Part shown: positions 47,582 to 57,744 of the stretch, in pieces
Layout of the letters: the number at the start of each line of letters is the position of its first letter
How positions within the stretch are numbered: the first letter of the stretch is position 1
Source of the DNA: an uncultured Gemmatimonadales bacterium
Lineage (GTDB): Bacteria > Gemmatimonadota > Gemmatimonadetes > Gemmatimonadales > GWC2-71-9
DNA length: 64,000 nt
Assembly (NCBI GenBank): GCA_963695555.1
Contig: CAVOGR010000005.1
Coordinates: forward strand, 1 to 64,000
Direction of reading: 5' to 3'
Notes under the pieces: model-generated
Databases searched by the model: none
What the model was told of the DNA's origin: nothing
Seen by the model: only the letters and a program-made list of their open reading frames with translations
Translations under genes and position numbers: made by a program

Positions 47582-48814
47582 ATGTCTCGTGCTTGTATCA
47601 ACTCCGAGATCGGGGCGCTCGAGGCCGTGATCGTCCACACTCCGGGCGAGGAGCTGCGGGGCGTCACGCCGGCCAACCGCGAGGCCTATCTCTACTCGGA
47701 TATCGTCGATCTCACGCTGGCCCAGGCTGAGCACCGCCAGTTTATCGATGTGCTGCAGCGCTTTGCCACCGTGTACTCCGTCGAGCAACTCCTCACTGAT
47801 GTGCTGGCCATTCCCGAGGCGCGGTCGTTTCTCCAAGAAACTACGACGAACCTGGTTCCTGCCGAGAGCTTGGCCGTCGGCTTACATCAGCTCTCTGCGG
47901 AGCAGATGGTTCGTACCCTGATCGAGGGGGCCCGACTCGAGCGCGGGCCGGTCGCGAAGGCGCTCAACGGGTTCGGCTTTGCATTTCCACCGTTGCCGAA
48001 CCTGTTCTTCCCTCGTGACGCGGGCGTCATCATCGGCGAGTACGCGTTGGTCGGAGCGATGCGGTACGATGTCCGGTGGACGGAAGAACTCCTGATCAAA
48101 GCACTGCTGCTCTACCACCCCGACCTGGACAATCGCGGAGTGATTTACGATGGCTCCCGGGAGAAGCGCGATCATTACACGCTCGAGGGAGGGGACATCC
48201 ATCGTCTGCGGGAGGACGTGATTCTGGTCGGTCTGAGCGACCGGACGTCGCCGGCAGCGATCGATATGCTGTGTGAATTGGTCTTCGCGCATGGCCTCGC
48301 TACGGATGTCCTGGTCGTGGTGATGCCGGGAGCTCCGACGGCCATCCATCTCGACATGGTGTTCAGCCAGGTCGACACCGATCTGTGCGTGGTGTTCCCG
48401 CCGTTTTTCATTGGACCGGAGCGGCGTACGGTGCTGCATCGCCGCAAGGGCACGGACTCGGTTCGGGAGGTGCCCGATTTCTTCGCGGGCCTCAAAGACC
48501 TGGACATCGATTTACAGCCCATCCTCGCGGGTGGGGACAACCGCTCGACTCAGGAGCGCGAGCAATGGAGCTCCGCCTGTAATTTTTTGGCGCTCCGTCC
48601 CGGACTCGTCGTCGGCTATGGCAGGAACCGGGGCACGCTGCGGCAGTTGGAAGCGGCGGGCTTCCAGCTACGCTCAGCCGAGGAGTTCTTGGCGCAGTCC
48701 GAGGCCTCCGCCGTGGCGCAGCGCGCGGTGATCACGATTTCAGGTAGCGAGCTGGTGCGTGGTGGCGGGGGACCCCGGTGCATGACGCTTCCGGTCCGCC
48801 GAGCCGCCTTGTGA
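47582..48814 (+). CDS. arcA: Arginine deiminase
   Basis: SEIG.L..V.VH.PG.E, PNLFFPRD, LEGGD, HLD, ELVRGGGGPRCMT. Confidence 0.9.
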   Translation: MSRACINSEIGALEAVIVHTPGEELRGVTPANREAYLYSDIVDLTLAQAEHRQFIDVLQRFATVYSVEQLLTDVLAIPEARSFLQETTTNLVPAESLAVGLHQLSAEQMVRTLIEGARLERGPVAKALNGFGFAFPPLPNLFFPRDAGVIIGEYALVGAMRYDVRWTEELLIKALLLYHPDLDNRGVIYDGSREKRDHYTLEGGDIHRLREDVILVGLSDRTSPAAIDMLCELVFAHGLATDVLVVVMPGAPTAIHLDMVFSQVDTDLCVVFPPFFIGPERRTVLHRRKGTDSVREVPDFFAGLKDLDIDLQPILAGGDNRSTQEREQWSSACNFLALRPGLVVGYGRNRGTLRQLEAAGFQLRSAEEFLAQSEASAVAQRAVITISGSELVRGGGGPRCMTLPVRRAAL

Positions 48815-49647
48815 CCGGGTTGGCCGCCCACCCGAGTTCGACCTTGCTGGAGCGCGCCCTCGGACTCATGGCCGAAGGACCGTTGTCCGCATTGACGGTG
48901 GCCAACGAGGTCATGGGCCTTGGGCGGGCGTCGGAGAGTGTCGCGTCGCGTCTCACGGCGGCACTGCTGGGCGCCGACCCCCGGGTCGGGCAGCTGCCCG
49001 ATGGACGCTGGGCGCTGGTCGCGGCGGCGGCCGGGTCTCCGATGGTGGATGACTGCGCGTATGCAGTGGTAGACGTCGAGACTACCGGGGGGCAGTCCGG
49101 GGCCAGGGATCGGTTGACGGAGATCGCCGTGGTGGTGGTGCAGGGGAGCCGGACCGAACTCGTGCTCGATTCCCTGGTGAATCCCCAACGGCCCGTCCCG
49201 CGGATTGCGACTTCGCTCACCGGAATTACCAATGCCATGGTCCGTGACGCGCCAACCTTCGAGGAGCTGGCTGACCAGATCGTGGCCGCTTTGGCGGGCC
49301 GGGTCTTCGTGGCGCACAACGCCCGGTTCGACTGGGGGTTTCTCGATCGCGAGCTCAAGAGAAGCCGCGACGTCGTACTGAGCGGACCCCGTCTCTGCAC
49401 CGTCCGACTGGCCCGGCGACTGCTACGCGGTCAAGCGTCGTGCGGATTGGACAGTCTCACCGACCGCTTTGGGTTGGTCAACCACGCCCGCCATCGCGCG
49501 GCGGGCGACGCGATGGTCACGGCGGAGCTACTCCGTCGCCTCCTCCGACTTGCCAAATCGGAAGGGTTTGCCACCCTCACAGATCTCGAGCGCCTCTGCG
49601 CCAAACGGGTCGCCACGTCGCGTCGCCGACCGCGCGGGCGTTCCTGA
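48811..49647 (+). CDS. DEDDh 3'-5' exonuclease (DnaQ-like) with N-terminal helical domain
   Basis: VVDVETTG, HNARFD, HRAAGDA. Confidence 0.9.
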   Translation: MTGLAAHPSSTLLERALGLMAEGPLSALTVANEVMGLGRASESVASRLTAALLGADPRVGQLPDGRWALVAAAAGSPMVDDCAYAVVDVETTGGQSGARDRLTEIAVVVVQGSRTELVLDSLVNPQRPVPRIATSLTGITNAMVRDAPTFEELADQIVAALAGRVFVAHNARFDWGFLDRELKRSRDVVLSGPRLCTVRLARRLLRGQASCGLDSLTDRFGLVNHARHRAAGDAMVTAELLRRLLRLAKSEGFATLTDLERLCAKRVATSRRRPRGRS

Positions 49648-49655
49648 GGGAACCC

Positions 49656-50573
49656 ATGTCGCTTACCCGAACCTTTGAGATCGGCTCCCTCCGCTGTCAC
49701 ACGCTCGAGGCCGGGCGCCAGCGCCTGGACGGCGGTGCCATGTTCGGTGTGGTTCCCAAGCCGCTCTGGAGCCGCCGCATCCCTGCCGACGACCGGAATC
49801 GGATTCCGCTCGCCTTGCGCTGTCTGCTCGTGGAGCATCCCGACGGATTGGTGTTGATCGATACCGGGGTCGGTAACAAAGAAGACGAGAAATTCCGGGA
49901 CATGTACGGCATCGAGAACGACGGCGCGGCCGGGCCGACCCAGCTGGAGGACGCGTTGGCGGAACTCGGATTCGGCTCCGACGACGTGGCCTGGGTCATC
50001 AACACCCACCTCCACTTCGATCACGCCGGTGGGAACACGTACCGAGCACCTGGCTCCGATCAACCGCTCCTCGCCTTTCCCCGGGCCACACACATTGTGC
50101 AGCGGGGTGAGCTCGACTTTGCCCGACACACCAACGAGCGGACCCGGGGCAGCTACTTCTCCCACAACTTCGAGCCAATCGATCAGGCGGGGCGGTGGCA
50201 GCTAGTGGACCAGGCGGCGGACATCCTTCCCGGCATCCGTGTGCGGCTCACGCCCGGGCATGTGCCGTTCCACCAATCGGTCCTGGTGACGGATGGGGGC
50301 GATGCGAGCCTCTTCCTGGCCGACCTGATCCCCACCTCGGCCCACCTCCCGCTCCCCTGGATCATGGGATACGACGTCGAGCCGCTGCGAACCCTCGAGA
50401 CGAAGCGAGCCATCCTGGCGGAGGCCGCCAAGCAGGGGTGGCGACTCGTGTTCGAGCACGATCCCGAGGTGCTCTGGGGCCGTGCCCGGGCCGATGGAGC
50501 GCGGGTGGTCCTCGACGAGGTCGCATCCGTGGCGGATGGGTCGCCGGGGCCAGGGGGGCCACGGGCAAGTTGA
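49656..50573 (+). CDS. MBL-fold metallo-hydrolase (YtnP-like)
   Basis: LDGGAMFGVVPK, THLHFDHAGG, PGH, FEHD. Confidence 0.92.
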   Translation: MSLTRTFEIGSLRCHTLEAGRQRLDGGAMFGVVPKPLWSRRIPADDRNRIPLALRCLLVEHPDGLVLIDTGVGNKEDEKFRDMYGIENDGAAGPTQLEDALAELGFGSDDVAWVINTHLHFDHAGGNTYRAPGSDQPLLAFPRATHIVQRGELDFARHTNERTRGSYFSHNFEPIDQAGRWQLVDQAADILPGIRVRLTPGHVPFHQSVLVTDGGDASLFLADLIPTSAHLPLPWIMGYDVEPLRTLETKRAILAEAAKQGWRLVFEHDPEVLWGRARADGARVVLDEVASVADGSPGPGGPRAS

Positions 50574-50598
50574 CACTAGGTCCCTCAGGGCCTACTAT
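50570..50598 (+). promoter_or_regulatory. sigma70 promoter of the infC operon
   Basis: TTGACA-17 bp-TACTAT. Confidence 0.8.
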
Positions 50599-50604
50599 AC
50601 GGCC

Positions 50605-50743
50605 CGAAGCGGGGTTAGCCCCCCACCCTCAGCCCGGCCGTGGAGCCGGCGCGACCGGGTCCGATTTTGCTCCCAGAGTATGCGGCAGGTGGCCGGCACG
50701 GGGGGCAGCATGGACATCCGGGAGGCAACGGATGTCTTTTTTT
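50605..50743 (+). ncRNA. Structured infC leader (candidate L20-responsive leader) ending in a terminator
   Basis: GGGG/CCCC hairpin; ACCC/GGGT stem enclosing CCGGC/GCCGG hairpin; GACATCCG/CGGATGTC stem plus T7. Confidence 0.6.
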
Positions 50744-50771
50744 GTCGACTTCGACATGGAGGTTCACCACC

Positions 50772-51290
50772 CTGGCTGCTGACAAAGAGAAACGAGCCCG
50801 CGTCAATCGCCAAATCCGTATCAGCCCCGTGCGCGTCATCACAGCAGCGGGCGAGCAACTGGGGGTACTCCCCATCGAAGAGGCACTGGCCGCGGCCGAC
50901 GCGCGTGGGCTCGATTTGGTGGAGGTAGCTCCCACCGCGCGTCCTCCCGTCGTCAAGATCATGGATTACGGGAAGTACAAGTTCGAAGAGGCCAAGGCGG
51001 CCAAAGCAGCCAAGAAGAAGCAGCACATCATCCATCTCAAGGAAGTGAAATTCCGACCTGGGATCGATGACCACGACTTCGACTTCAAGACGCGCCATGC
51101 CAGGGAGTTCCTGATGGAAGGCAACAAGGTGAAGGTGACCATGATGTTCCGGGGCCGGCAATTGGCGCATGTCGAAATTGGGCGGGCGGTGCTGGACCGG
51201 GTGGCGGAGGTGCTGGCGGACGTTGGAAAGATCGAGGCGTACCCGAAGCTCGAGGGGCGCAACATGACGATGGTCATCGGCCCGAAGTAG
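50772..51290 (+). CDS. infC: Translation initiation factor IF-3 (non-canonical CTG start)
   Basis: [33 protein letters not shown] at 50758-50762 then in-frame CTG. Confidence 0.95.
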   Translation: MAADKEKRARVNRQIRISPVRVITAAGEQLGVLPIEEALAAADARGLDLVEVAPTARPPVVKIMDYGKYKFEEAKAAKAAKKKQHIIHLKEVKFRPGIDDHDFDFKTRHAREFLMEGNKVKVTMMFRGRQLAHVEIGRAVLDRVAEVLADVGKIEAYPKLEGRNMTMVIGPK

Positions 51291-51355
51291 ACATACACAG
51301 GGAGCAGCACCACCCGTTGCGATCTCGGTCGCTCGGCGGGGAGGTGGGAGGATAT

Positions 51356-51550
51356 ATGCCAAAAATGAAAACCAAGCGTGCAGCCGCGAAGCGATTTCGC
51401 GCCACCGGGACGGGGAAGCTCCGTCGCTTTCACGCCAACCACTCGCATATCCTGACGAAGAAGTCGCGCAAGCGGAAGAATCGGCTGAAGAAGGGAGACC
51501 TGGTCAGCTCCGCCGATTTCCCGCGTGTCAGCCGGCTTCTCCAGGCGTAA
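51356..51550 (+). CDS. rpmI: 50S ribosomal protein L35
   Basis: [14 protein letters not shown]. Confidence 0.97.
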   Translation: MPKMKTKRAAAKRFRATGTGKLRRFHANHSHILTKKSRKRKNRLKKGDLVSSADFPRVSRLLQA

Positions 51551-51559
51551 GGAGGTCGT

Positions 51560-51934
51560 ATGCCCCGAGTCAAGAACGGCGTCGCCCACCACGCCCGGAA
51601 GCGCAAGATCATGCAGGGCGCCAAGGGCGCCCGCGGTGGCCGAAGCAAGCTCTACAAGTCCGCCAAGGAGACGGTGGAACGCGGCCTGGCCTATGCCTAC
51701 CGCGACCGCCGCAAGAAGAAATCCGACTTTCGGCGGCTCTGGATCACCCGGATCAACGCCGCGGCGCGGCTGCACGGGCTGAGCTACAACCGCCTCATGA
51801 ACGGGCTCAAGCGCTCCGGTGTGGAAATCAATCGAAAGATCCTCGCCGACCTCGCCGTGCGGGATGCAGCGGCATTCGCCGAGCTTGCGGCGGTGGCCAA
51901 GAGCGCCGACGCCGCCGCGAGAGGCGGGTCGTAA
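51560..51934 (+). CDS. rplT: 50S ribosomal protein L20
   Basis: [23 protein letters not shown]. Confidence 0.97.
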   Translation: MPRVKNGVAHHARKRKIMQGAKGARGGRSKLYKSAKETVERGLAYAYRDRRKKKSDFRRLWITRINAAARLHGLSYNRLMNGLKRSGVEINRKILADLAVRDAAAFAELAAVAKSADAAARGGS

Positions 51935-52054
51935 CGACGCGGGGCCGGTTCCATTCGGCGGCCCGCTCCGCCCAGCAGGAGATCAGGTTGCGTGGGGTCG
52001 CTCGCGATGGCGGACGGCCCCACGCGCGTATCCACCTTGGCCCACCATGATGCC

Positions 52055-53113
52055 ATGACCAAAGCAACCGGATATGCGGTCCTCGACGCGACGCTGCCAC
52101 GCCTCGAGCGCATCCCCACCCTGGACACCGCCGCGCTCGACGAGGAGCAGGTTGCCCTCTTGGGTCGCAAGCAGGGTGTGTTGACGACGGCGCTCCGGTC
52201 GCTCGGCTCGCTGCCGCTCGAGGAGCGGAAGCGGTTTGGCGCCGCGGTCAACCGAATCAAGTCGGAAGTCGAGCAGGCCATCCGGGCCCGCCGCGAGCAG
52301 CTCGAGGTCGCAGAGCGGCGCACGGCCGAGTTCGCCGATGGGACGATGCCGGGCCGCCGGAGCTGGGTTGGGGCCAAACATCCCGTGACCCGCGTGGTGG
52401 ATGAGATCACCGAGATCTTCCGCGCGCTCGGATTCACCCGGGCCATCGGGCCGGAGGCGGAGACCGAGTGGTACAATTTCGGCGCGCTCAACTTTCCGCC
52501 CGACCACCCGGCCATGGACATGCACGACACCCTGTATCTGGACGTCGGCGACCCGCCGCCCGACGACCCGGGCGGGCGCGTGCTGTTGCGGACCCACACG
52601 TCGCCCGTGCAGATCCGGACGATGCTCGCGTATCCGCCGCCCATCCGATCCATCATGCCCGGCATGGTCTACCGCAAGGATACCTTCGACGCCTCCCATG
52701 CACCGGCCTTTTCCCAAATCGAGGGCCTGGCCGTGGACGAAGGCGTGAGCTTCGTGGATCTCAAGGCCACCTTGCTCCACTTCGCGCACGAGTTCTTCTC
52801 ACCCACGACCCGGGTCCGGTTCCGGCCGTCGTTCTTCCCGTTCACCGAGCCGTCGGCGGAAATGGACATCGGGTGCCTGTTGTGCGGGGCCACCGGGTGC
52901 CCGGCCTGCAAGGGCAGCGGGTGGATGGAGATCCTGGGATGCGGCATGGTGCACCCCACCGTGCTCGAGAACTGTAACATCGATTCGGAGCGCTACACCG
53001 GCTACGCGTTCGGCATGGGGCCCCATCGCATCGCCATGCTGCGCTACGGCATTCCGGACATCCGCCTGCTGTTCGACGGCGATATGCGCTTCCTCACCCA
53101 GTTCGGGATCTGA
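52055..53113 (+). CDS. pheS: Phenylalanine-tRNA ligase alpha subunit (start uncertain)
   Basis: HPA.DMHDT, LRTHTSPVQ, FPFTEPS, EILGCG. Confidence 0.96.
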   Translation: MTKATGYAVLDATLPRLERIPTLDTAALDEEQVALLGRKQGVLTTALRSLGSLPLEERKRFGAAVNRIKSEVEQAIRARREQLEVAERRTAEFADGTMPGRRSWVGAKHPVTRVVDEITEIFRALGFTRAIGPEAETEWYNFGALNFPPDHPAMDMHDTLYLDVGDPPPDDPGGRVLLRTHTSPVQIRTMLAYPPPIRSIMPGMVYRKDTFDASHAPAFSQIEGLAVDEGVSFVDLKATLLHFAHEFFSPTTRVRFRPSFFPFTEPSAEMDIGCLLCGATGCPACKGSGWMEILGCGMVHPTVLENCNIDSERYTGYAFGMGPHRIAMLRYGIPDIRLLFDGDMRFLTQFGI

Positions 53114-53116
53114 GTC

Positions 53117-55492
53117 ATGCTCGTCTCTCGGAGATGGCTCGAAGAGTTCCTCCGGCGCCCGCTGGCGCTCGACGATCTCAGCGAACGACTGACGATGCTG
53201 GGCGCGGCGGTGGAAGGGGTGGAGCCCTTGTTCGCCGAATTGTCCGAGCTCGTCGTCAGCCAGGTCGAGGCCGTCGAGCCGCATCCCAACGCCGACCGGT
53301 TGCGGCTCTGCGTCGTGAATGACGGCGGCTCCGAACGAGTCGCCGTCGTCTGCGGCGCGCCCAACGTGCGGGCCGGGGCCAAGTATCCGTTCGCCCGAGT
53401 CGGCGCCGTCCTCCCGGGCGGGCTCGCCATCGCCAAACGGAAGATCCGGGGCGAAGTCTCCCATGGCATGCTGTGCTCCGCCCGCGAGCTGGGGCTCGGC
53501 GACGATCACGAAGGCATCTGGAGCTCGACACGCCGAAGCCGCCAGGCACACCGCTGCTCGACGTCCTCGCCGTCGCGCGACGACCGCATCGAAATCGAGG
53601 TCAATCCCAATCGCCCGGATCTATTGGGTCACAAGGGCGTTGCTCGCGAACTCGCCGCCTCCTACCGGACCCAGCTTCGGTTGCCGGCCATCCCGGGCTC
53701 GAGCGGACCGCCGTCCTATACCGCGCGACGTGAAGGAGCGGCTGCCACCGTCGACGGTGTACATGTCGCTATCGAGGATCCGGCGGGGTGTGCCCGGTTC
53801 CTTGGCGCGGTCATCCGTGGTGTCGCGATCGCGCCGTCGCCCGACTGGCTCCAGCGGCGGATCCACGCCATCGGCATGCGGCCGGTCAACAATGTCGTCG
53901 ACGCCACGAATTATGTCATGGTCGAGTTGGGCCAGCCCATGCACCCCTATGACCTCGCGCGGCTTCGCGGCCCCAGTGTGGCCGCACGGCCGGGCCTGCC
54001 CGGCGAGAGGTTGGTGACGCTCGACGGGAAGGAGCGACGGCTCGGCCCCGAGATGACGGCCATCGCCGACGGCGGCGGGGCCATCGGCGTCGCCGGCGTC
54101 ATGGGTGGTGGAGAAAGCGAAGTGTCCGACACAACCACCGACATCTTCCTGGAATGCGCGTGGTTCACGCCCTCCCGGGTGCGGCACGCCCGGAAGGTGC
54201 TGGATATGAGTAGCGAGGCCAGCTACCGGTTCGAGCGCGGCGTCGACCTGTGGGCGGCGCCCGACGCCTTGCGCCGGTGTTTGGAGATCATCCTCGCGAC
54301 GGCCGGCGGGCGACTGGACGAGGCGCCGGTCGACCTCTGGCCCAAGCCGTCCAACCCGCCGCGCATCTTCCTGCGTCCGACCCGCGTGGCCCAGGTTCTC
54401 GGCGTCGAGATTCCCTGGCATGAGATAGAAGAACACCTGGTGGCCATCGGTGCCACCGTCGTGGCAAAGCCCGAGGATGGCCGCTTGGCGGTAGACGTTC
54501 CCGGCTGGCGGCCGGATCTGACCAGTGAAATCGACCTGGTCGAAGAGATCGCACGGCTTCATGGGTACGATGCGTTCCCCGGCGACCTGCGTCCCTTCCG
54601 AGTTGGGACGGTTCCCGATGCATCGGCCGAGATCGTGGCTGGTTGGCTCCGGGACAACCTGACGGCGCTGGGCCTGTTCGAGGTCGTGTCGCTGCCGATG
54701 GGCCGGGGGGCGGAGAACAGCGTCGGGGTGAAGAATCCCCTCTCCAAGGAAGAAGGGTATCTGCGCCACCGGCTCCTGCCCGGCCTGCTGCAGCACGTCG
54801 AGCGCAACTGGGCGGCCGGCACCCGCGACGTACGGCTCTTCGAGATCGGGAATGTCTTCGCCATGGCAGCTCGTGGAACGCCGCCGAACGAGGCGCTGCA
54901 CGTGGCCGGTGTGGTTACGGGCGCACGCGAGCCGCGGCATTGGTCGACCGAGACGCCCGAAGCGGACCTCTGGGATCTCAAGGGTCTCTTCGCGCGCGCC
55001 GTGGCCCTAGCGTATCCCTCCTCGACCGTACAAGTTGATGGGGCAGCATGGATTGCGCGCACTGCGGAGGGCCAGGTCGTCGGCCGGGGAGAGCGGTTGT
55101 TTGGCGATGCGCCACCCTGGGCAGCTCCGGTGTTCGGATTCGAGATCCAGGTCGATCCGGCGCCGCGGCAGGATCATCGATTCTCGCCCTTGCCGGCGAC
55201 ACCATCCGCCACACGTGATCTGTCGCTCGTGGTGCCTACGAGCATCCTCGTGGGGCGGGTTGAGGAAGCGATCGAGGAGGCAGGCGCCCCGCTGCTCGAA
55301 TCCGTTGAGGTATTGAGCGAATATCGGGGCCCTGACCTACCGGAAGGTGCGCGTGGCGTCGCATTTCACTTGTCGTTCCGCTCGCCGGAGCGGACTCTGC
55401 GCGATGCCGAGGTGGACCAAGCAGTCGAGCGGATTCGCCTGGCGGTGAAGGACAGCTTGGGGATCGTCCGGCGGGGAGAAGACCATGGGTGA
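53117..55492 (+). CDS. pheT: Phenylalanine-tRNA ligase beta subunit (short out-of-frame patch ~53518-53578)
   Basis: HPNADRL, VCGAPN, NRPD, NNVVDATNY, RFERG, DLVEEIAR. Confidence 0.96.
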   Translation: MLVSRRWLEEFLRRPLALDDLSERLTMLGAAVEGVEPLFAELSELVVSQVEAVEPHPNADRLRLCVVNDGGSERVAVVCGAPNVRAGAKYPFARVGAVLPGGLAIAKRKIRGEVSHGMLCSARELGLGDDHEGIWSSTRRSRQAHRCSTSSPSRDDRIEIEVNPNRPDLLGHKGVARELAASYRTQLRLPAIPGSSGPPSYTARREGAAATVDGVHVAIEDPAGCARFLGAVIRGVAIAPSPDWLQRRIHAIGMRPVNNVVDATNYVMVELGQPMHPYDLARLRGPSVAARPGLPGERLVTLDGKERRLGPEMTAIADGGGAIGVAGVMGGGESEVSDTTTDIFLECAWFTPSRVRHARKVLDMSSEASYRFERGVDLWAAPDALRRCLEIILATAGGRLDEAPVDLWPKPSNPPRIFLRPTRVAQVLGVEIPWHEIEEHLVAIGATVVAKPEDGRLAVDVPGWRPDLTSEIDLVEEIARLHGYDAFPGDLRPFRVGTVPDASAEIVAGWLRDNLTALGLFEVVSLPMGRGAENSVGVKNPLSKEEGYLRHRLLPGLLQHVERNWAAGTRDVRLFEIGNVFAMAARGTPPNEALHVAGVVTGAREPRHWSTETPEADLWDLKGLFARAVALAYPSSTVQVDGAAWIARTAEGQVVGRGERLFGDAPPWAAPVFGFEIQVDPAPRQDHRFSPLPATPSATRDLSLVVPTSILVGRVEEAIEEAGAPLLESVEVLSEYRGPDLPEGARGVAFHLSFRSPERTLRDAEVDQAVERIRLAVKDSLGIVRRGEDHG

Positions 55493-55802
55493 GTTGGATA
55501 CGTACGAACGGCCGGACGCCGTCGTTCTGGCCAAAGTGGAGGCGCTGGTGGAGCGGCTGGCGGACGAGGTGTCGCAGTGGCGGCATCGCGCCCTGAAGGC
55601 AGAAGCCGATCTCAAAGCGGCGAAAGGAAAGAGCAAGGGGGCCTCGGGTCCCGAGGTGCTCGAAGCGCACCAGCGAGTGGTGAATCTCGAAGTCGAGAAC
55701 CAAGCGCTGCGCCACCGGATCGAAGCGGCGAAAGTGAAGCTCCAGGGCATATCTGGCCGACTGGCATTCCTCGAGCGTGCGACGGAGGACGGTCGAGCGT
55801 GA
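55485..55802 (+). CDS. Coiled-coil protein (ZapB-like by position)
   Basis: Heptad-rich; lies between pheT and zapA. Confidence 0.6.
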   Translation: MGELDTYERPDAVVLAKVEALVERLADEVSQWRHRALKAEADLKAAKGKSKGASGPEVLEAHQRVVNLEVENQALRHRIEAAKVKLQGISGRLAFLERATEDGRA

Positions 55803-56092
55803 CGGAAACCAAACATGCGGTGCAGGTCACGATCGGCGGGGAGACCTACACGGTTCGCTCGGAGTTACCGCCGGCGTACACCAAGGAGGTTGCGTTGTAC
55901 GTGGACGCGGCGCTTGCCCGGGTCCGCACCAGCGCTCCCTTGGTGGAGTCCCACAAGGCGGCCATCTTGGCTGCGTTGTCGATTACCGACGAATTGTTTC
56001 GCGCGCGGCGCGGCGACCGGGAAATCGCCGCTCGGTTGACTGTGCTCGCGGACGAAATCGGCCGGCTGATCCCGCCGGCAAAGCGGGCCTGA
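55799..56092 (+). CDS. zapA: Cell division protein ZapA
   Basis: V.VTIGGETY, VA.YVD, AILAALSITDELF. Confidence 0.88.
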   Translation: MTETKHAVQVTIGGETYTVRSELPPAYTKEVALYVDAALARVRTSAPLVESHKAAILAALSITDELFRARRGDREIAARLTVLADEIGRLIPPAKRA

Positions 56093-56163
56093 CGATCGGC
56101 ACACCAACCGCCTGAACCCGGACCAAAACCCACGGCCTCGGGGCCGTGTTGGAGATAGATATC

Positions 56164-57744
56164 ATGCCTCAGTCGTTCCTGCTGTCCCTGCTCGGGGGCG
56201 CGCTCGCAGGATTCGCAATCTTTGCGATAAGCTTCTTCTTCTATACCCGCCACCAACGCCGTCAGGCCAGTGGCCTGGTGCACTCGGCCACGGTCGAAGC
56301 CCAGCGGCTCATAACCGACGCCGAGAAGAGTGCCGAGTCGGCCCGATCTCAGGCCGTCCTGAGCGGCAAGGTGGAGGTGATGCAGCTCCGCCAGGAATTG
56401 GAGCAGGAAACCGAGGCCATTCGGAAGGAAGTGCGGGAGGCCACCCGGCGGGCGGAAGACCAAAGTCGCGACATCAAGCAGCGAGTGCAGTCCATCGAGG
56501 CACGCGAAGGCGGCCTCGTCGCGCGAGAGAAATCGGTGGACAAACGCCTGCGGCAGCTCGAAGGTCGTGAGGCGGAAATCGAGCACCTGGTGCTCGAGCA
56601 CCGGCGGAAGGTGGAGGAGGTCGCCGGGCTCAGCGCGGAAGACGCCCGACGCGAGCTCTTGCGGCAGGTCGAGGATGAGGCGCGGAGCCAGGCGGCGGCC
56701 CTCGTGCGGGACATCAAAGAGCAGGCCCGCCGGTCGGCGGAGCGGGACGCGAAGCGCATCGTCGCCATGTCGATTCAGCGCATCGCGGCCGAATACACCG
56801 CCGAATCCACCGTGTCGGCGGTGACGCTGCCCAACGATGAGATGAAAGGGCGCATTATCGGGCGAGAAGGGCGGAACATCCGCGCCTTCGAGACCACGGC
56901 GGGCGTCGACGTCATCATCGACGATACGCCGGATACCGTGGTCATCTCGTGTTTCAATCCTGTCCGGCGCGAGATCGCCCGCCGGAGCCTCGAGGCGTTG
57001 ATCGCCGATGGGCGGATTCACCCGGGCCGCATCGAGGAAATCGTGGCCCGCGTCAAGGGGGAACTCGATACGGAGTTCGTCGAGCTGGGTGAGCAGGCAG
57101 CCTATGAAACCGGGATCCATGGTCTGCATCCGGAGCTCATCAAGCTGATCGGCCGAATGCGATATCGGACCTCATACGGGCAGAATATTCTGGAACATTC
57201 GAAGGAGGTGGCCTGGCTCGCCGGGATGATGGGGGCGGAGTTGCACTGCGATGTCCAATTGGCCAAGCGGGGCGCGCTCCTGCATGACATCGGGAAGGTG
57301 CTTACCCACGACAGCGAAGGCACCCACGTGGAACTCGGTGTCGAGGTCGCCCGGAAATACGGCGAGAGCGATGCGGTCATCAACTGCATCCAGGCGCACC
57401 ACGACGACGTCCCACATGAATCGACCGAGTCGGTACTGGTGCAAGCCGCCGACGCCATCAGCGGGTCACGGCCAGGAGCGCGCCGGGAGGCTTTCGAAAC
57501 GTACGTCAAGCGGCTGACCCGACTGGAGGAGATCGCCACCGGCTTCGATGGCGTGGAGAAATGCAACGCTATCCAGGCGGGCCGGGAAATTCGGGTGGTG
57601 GTGCACCCGGAAAAGATCGATGACACGCGTGCGGCCGAGCTGTCGGACGCGATCGCACGAAAGGTGGAAAATGAACTCCAATACCCTGGACAGATCCGAG
57701 TGGTCGTTATTCGAGAAACCCGAGCCGTGGATTTTGCGCGATGA
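56164..57744 (+). CDS. rny: Ribonuclease Y
   Basis: N-terminal [15 protein letters not shown] (KH), LLHDIGK (HD), YPGQI. Confidence 0.97.
   Translation: MPQSFLLSLLGGALAGFAIFAISFFFYTRHQRRQASGLVHSATVEAQRLITDAEKSAESARSQAVLSGKVEVMQLRQELEQETEAIRKEVREATRRAEDQSRDIKQRVQSIEAREGGLVAREKSVDKRLRQLEGREAEIEHLVLEHRRKVEEVAGLSAEDARRELLRQVEDEARSQAAALVRDIKEQARRSAERDAKRIVAMSIQRIAAEYTAESTVSAVTLPNDEMKGRIIGREGRNIRAFETTAGVDVIIDDTPDTVVISCFNPVRREIARRSLEALIADGRIHPGRIEEIVARVKGELDTEFVELGEQAAYETGIHGLHPELIKLIGRMRYRTSYGQNILEHSKEVAWLAGMMGAELHCDVQLAKRGALLHDIGKVLTHDSEGTHVELGVEVARKYGESDAVINCIQAHHDDVPHESTESVLVQAADAISGSRPGARREAFETYVKRLTRLEEIATGFDGVEKCNAIQAGREIRVVVHPEKIDDTRAAELSDAIARKVENELQYPGQIRVVVIRETRAVDFAR

Noticed and set aside
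51935..52054. T-box or pheM-type leader before pheS
   Set aside because: Too short, no T-box consensus and no Phe-rich leader peptide; only GC hairpins
56093..56163. 6S RNA expected after zapA
   Set aside because: The gap is only about 70 bp, too short for 6S; it holds only a small hairpin (cacggcc-tcgg-ggccgtg)
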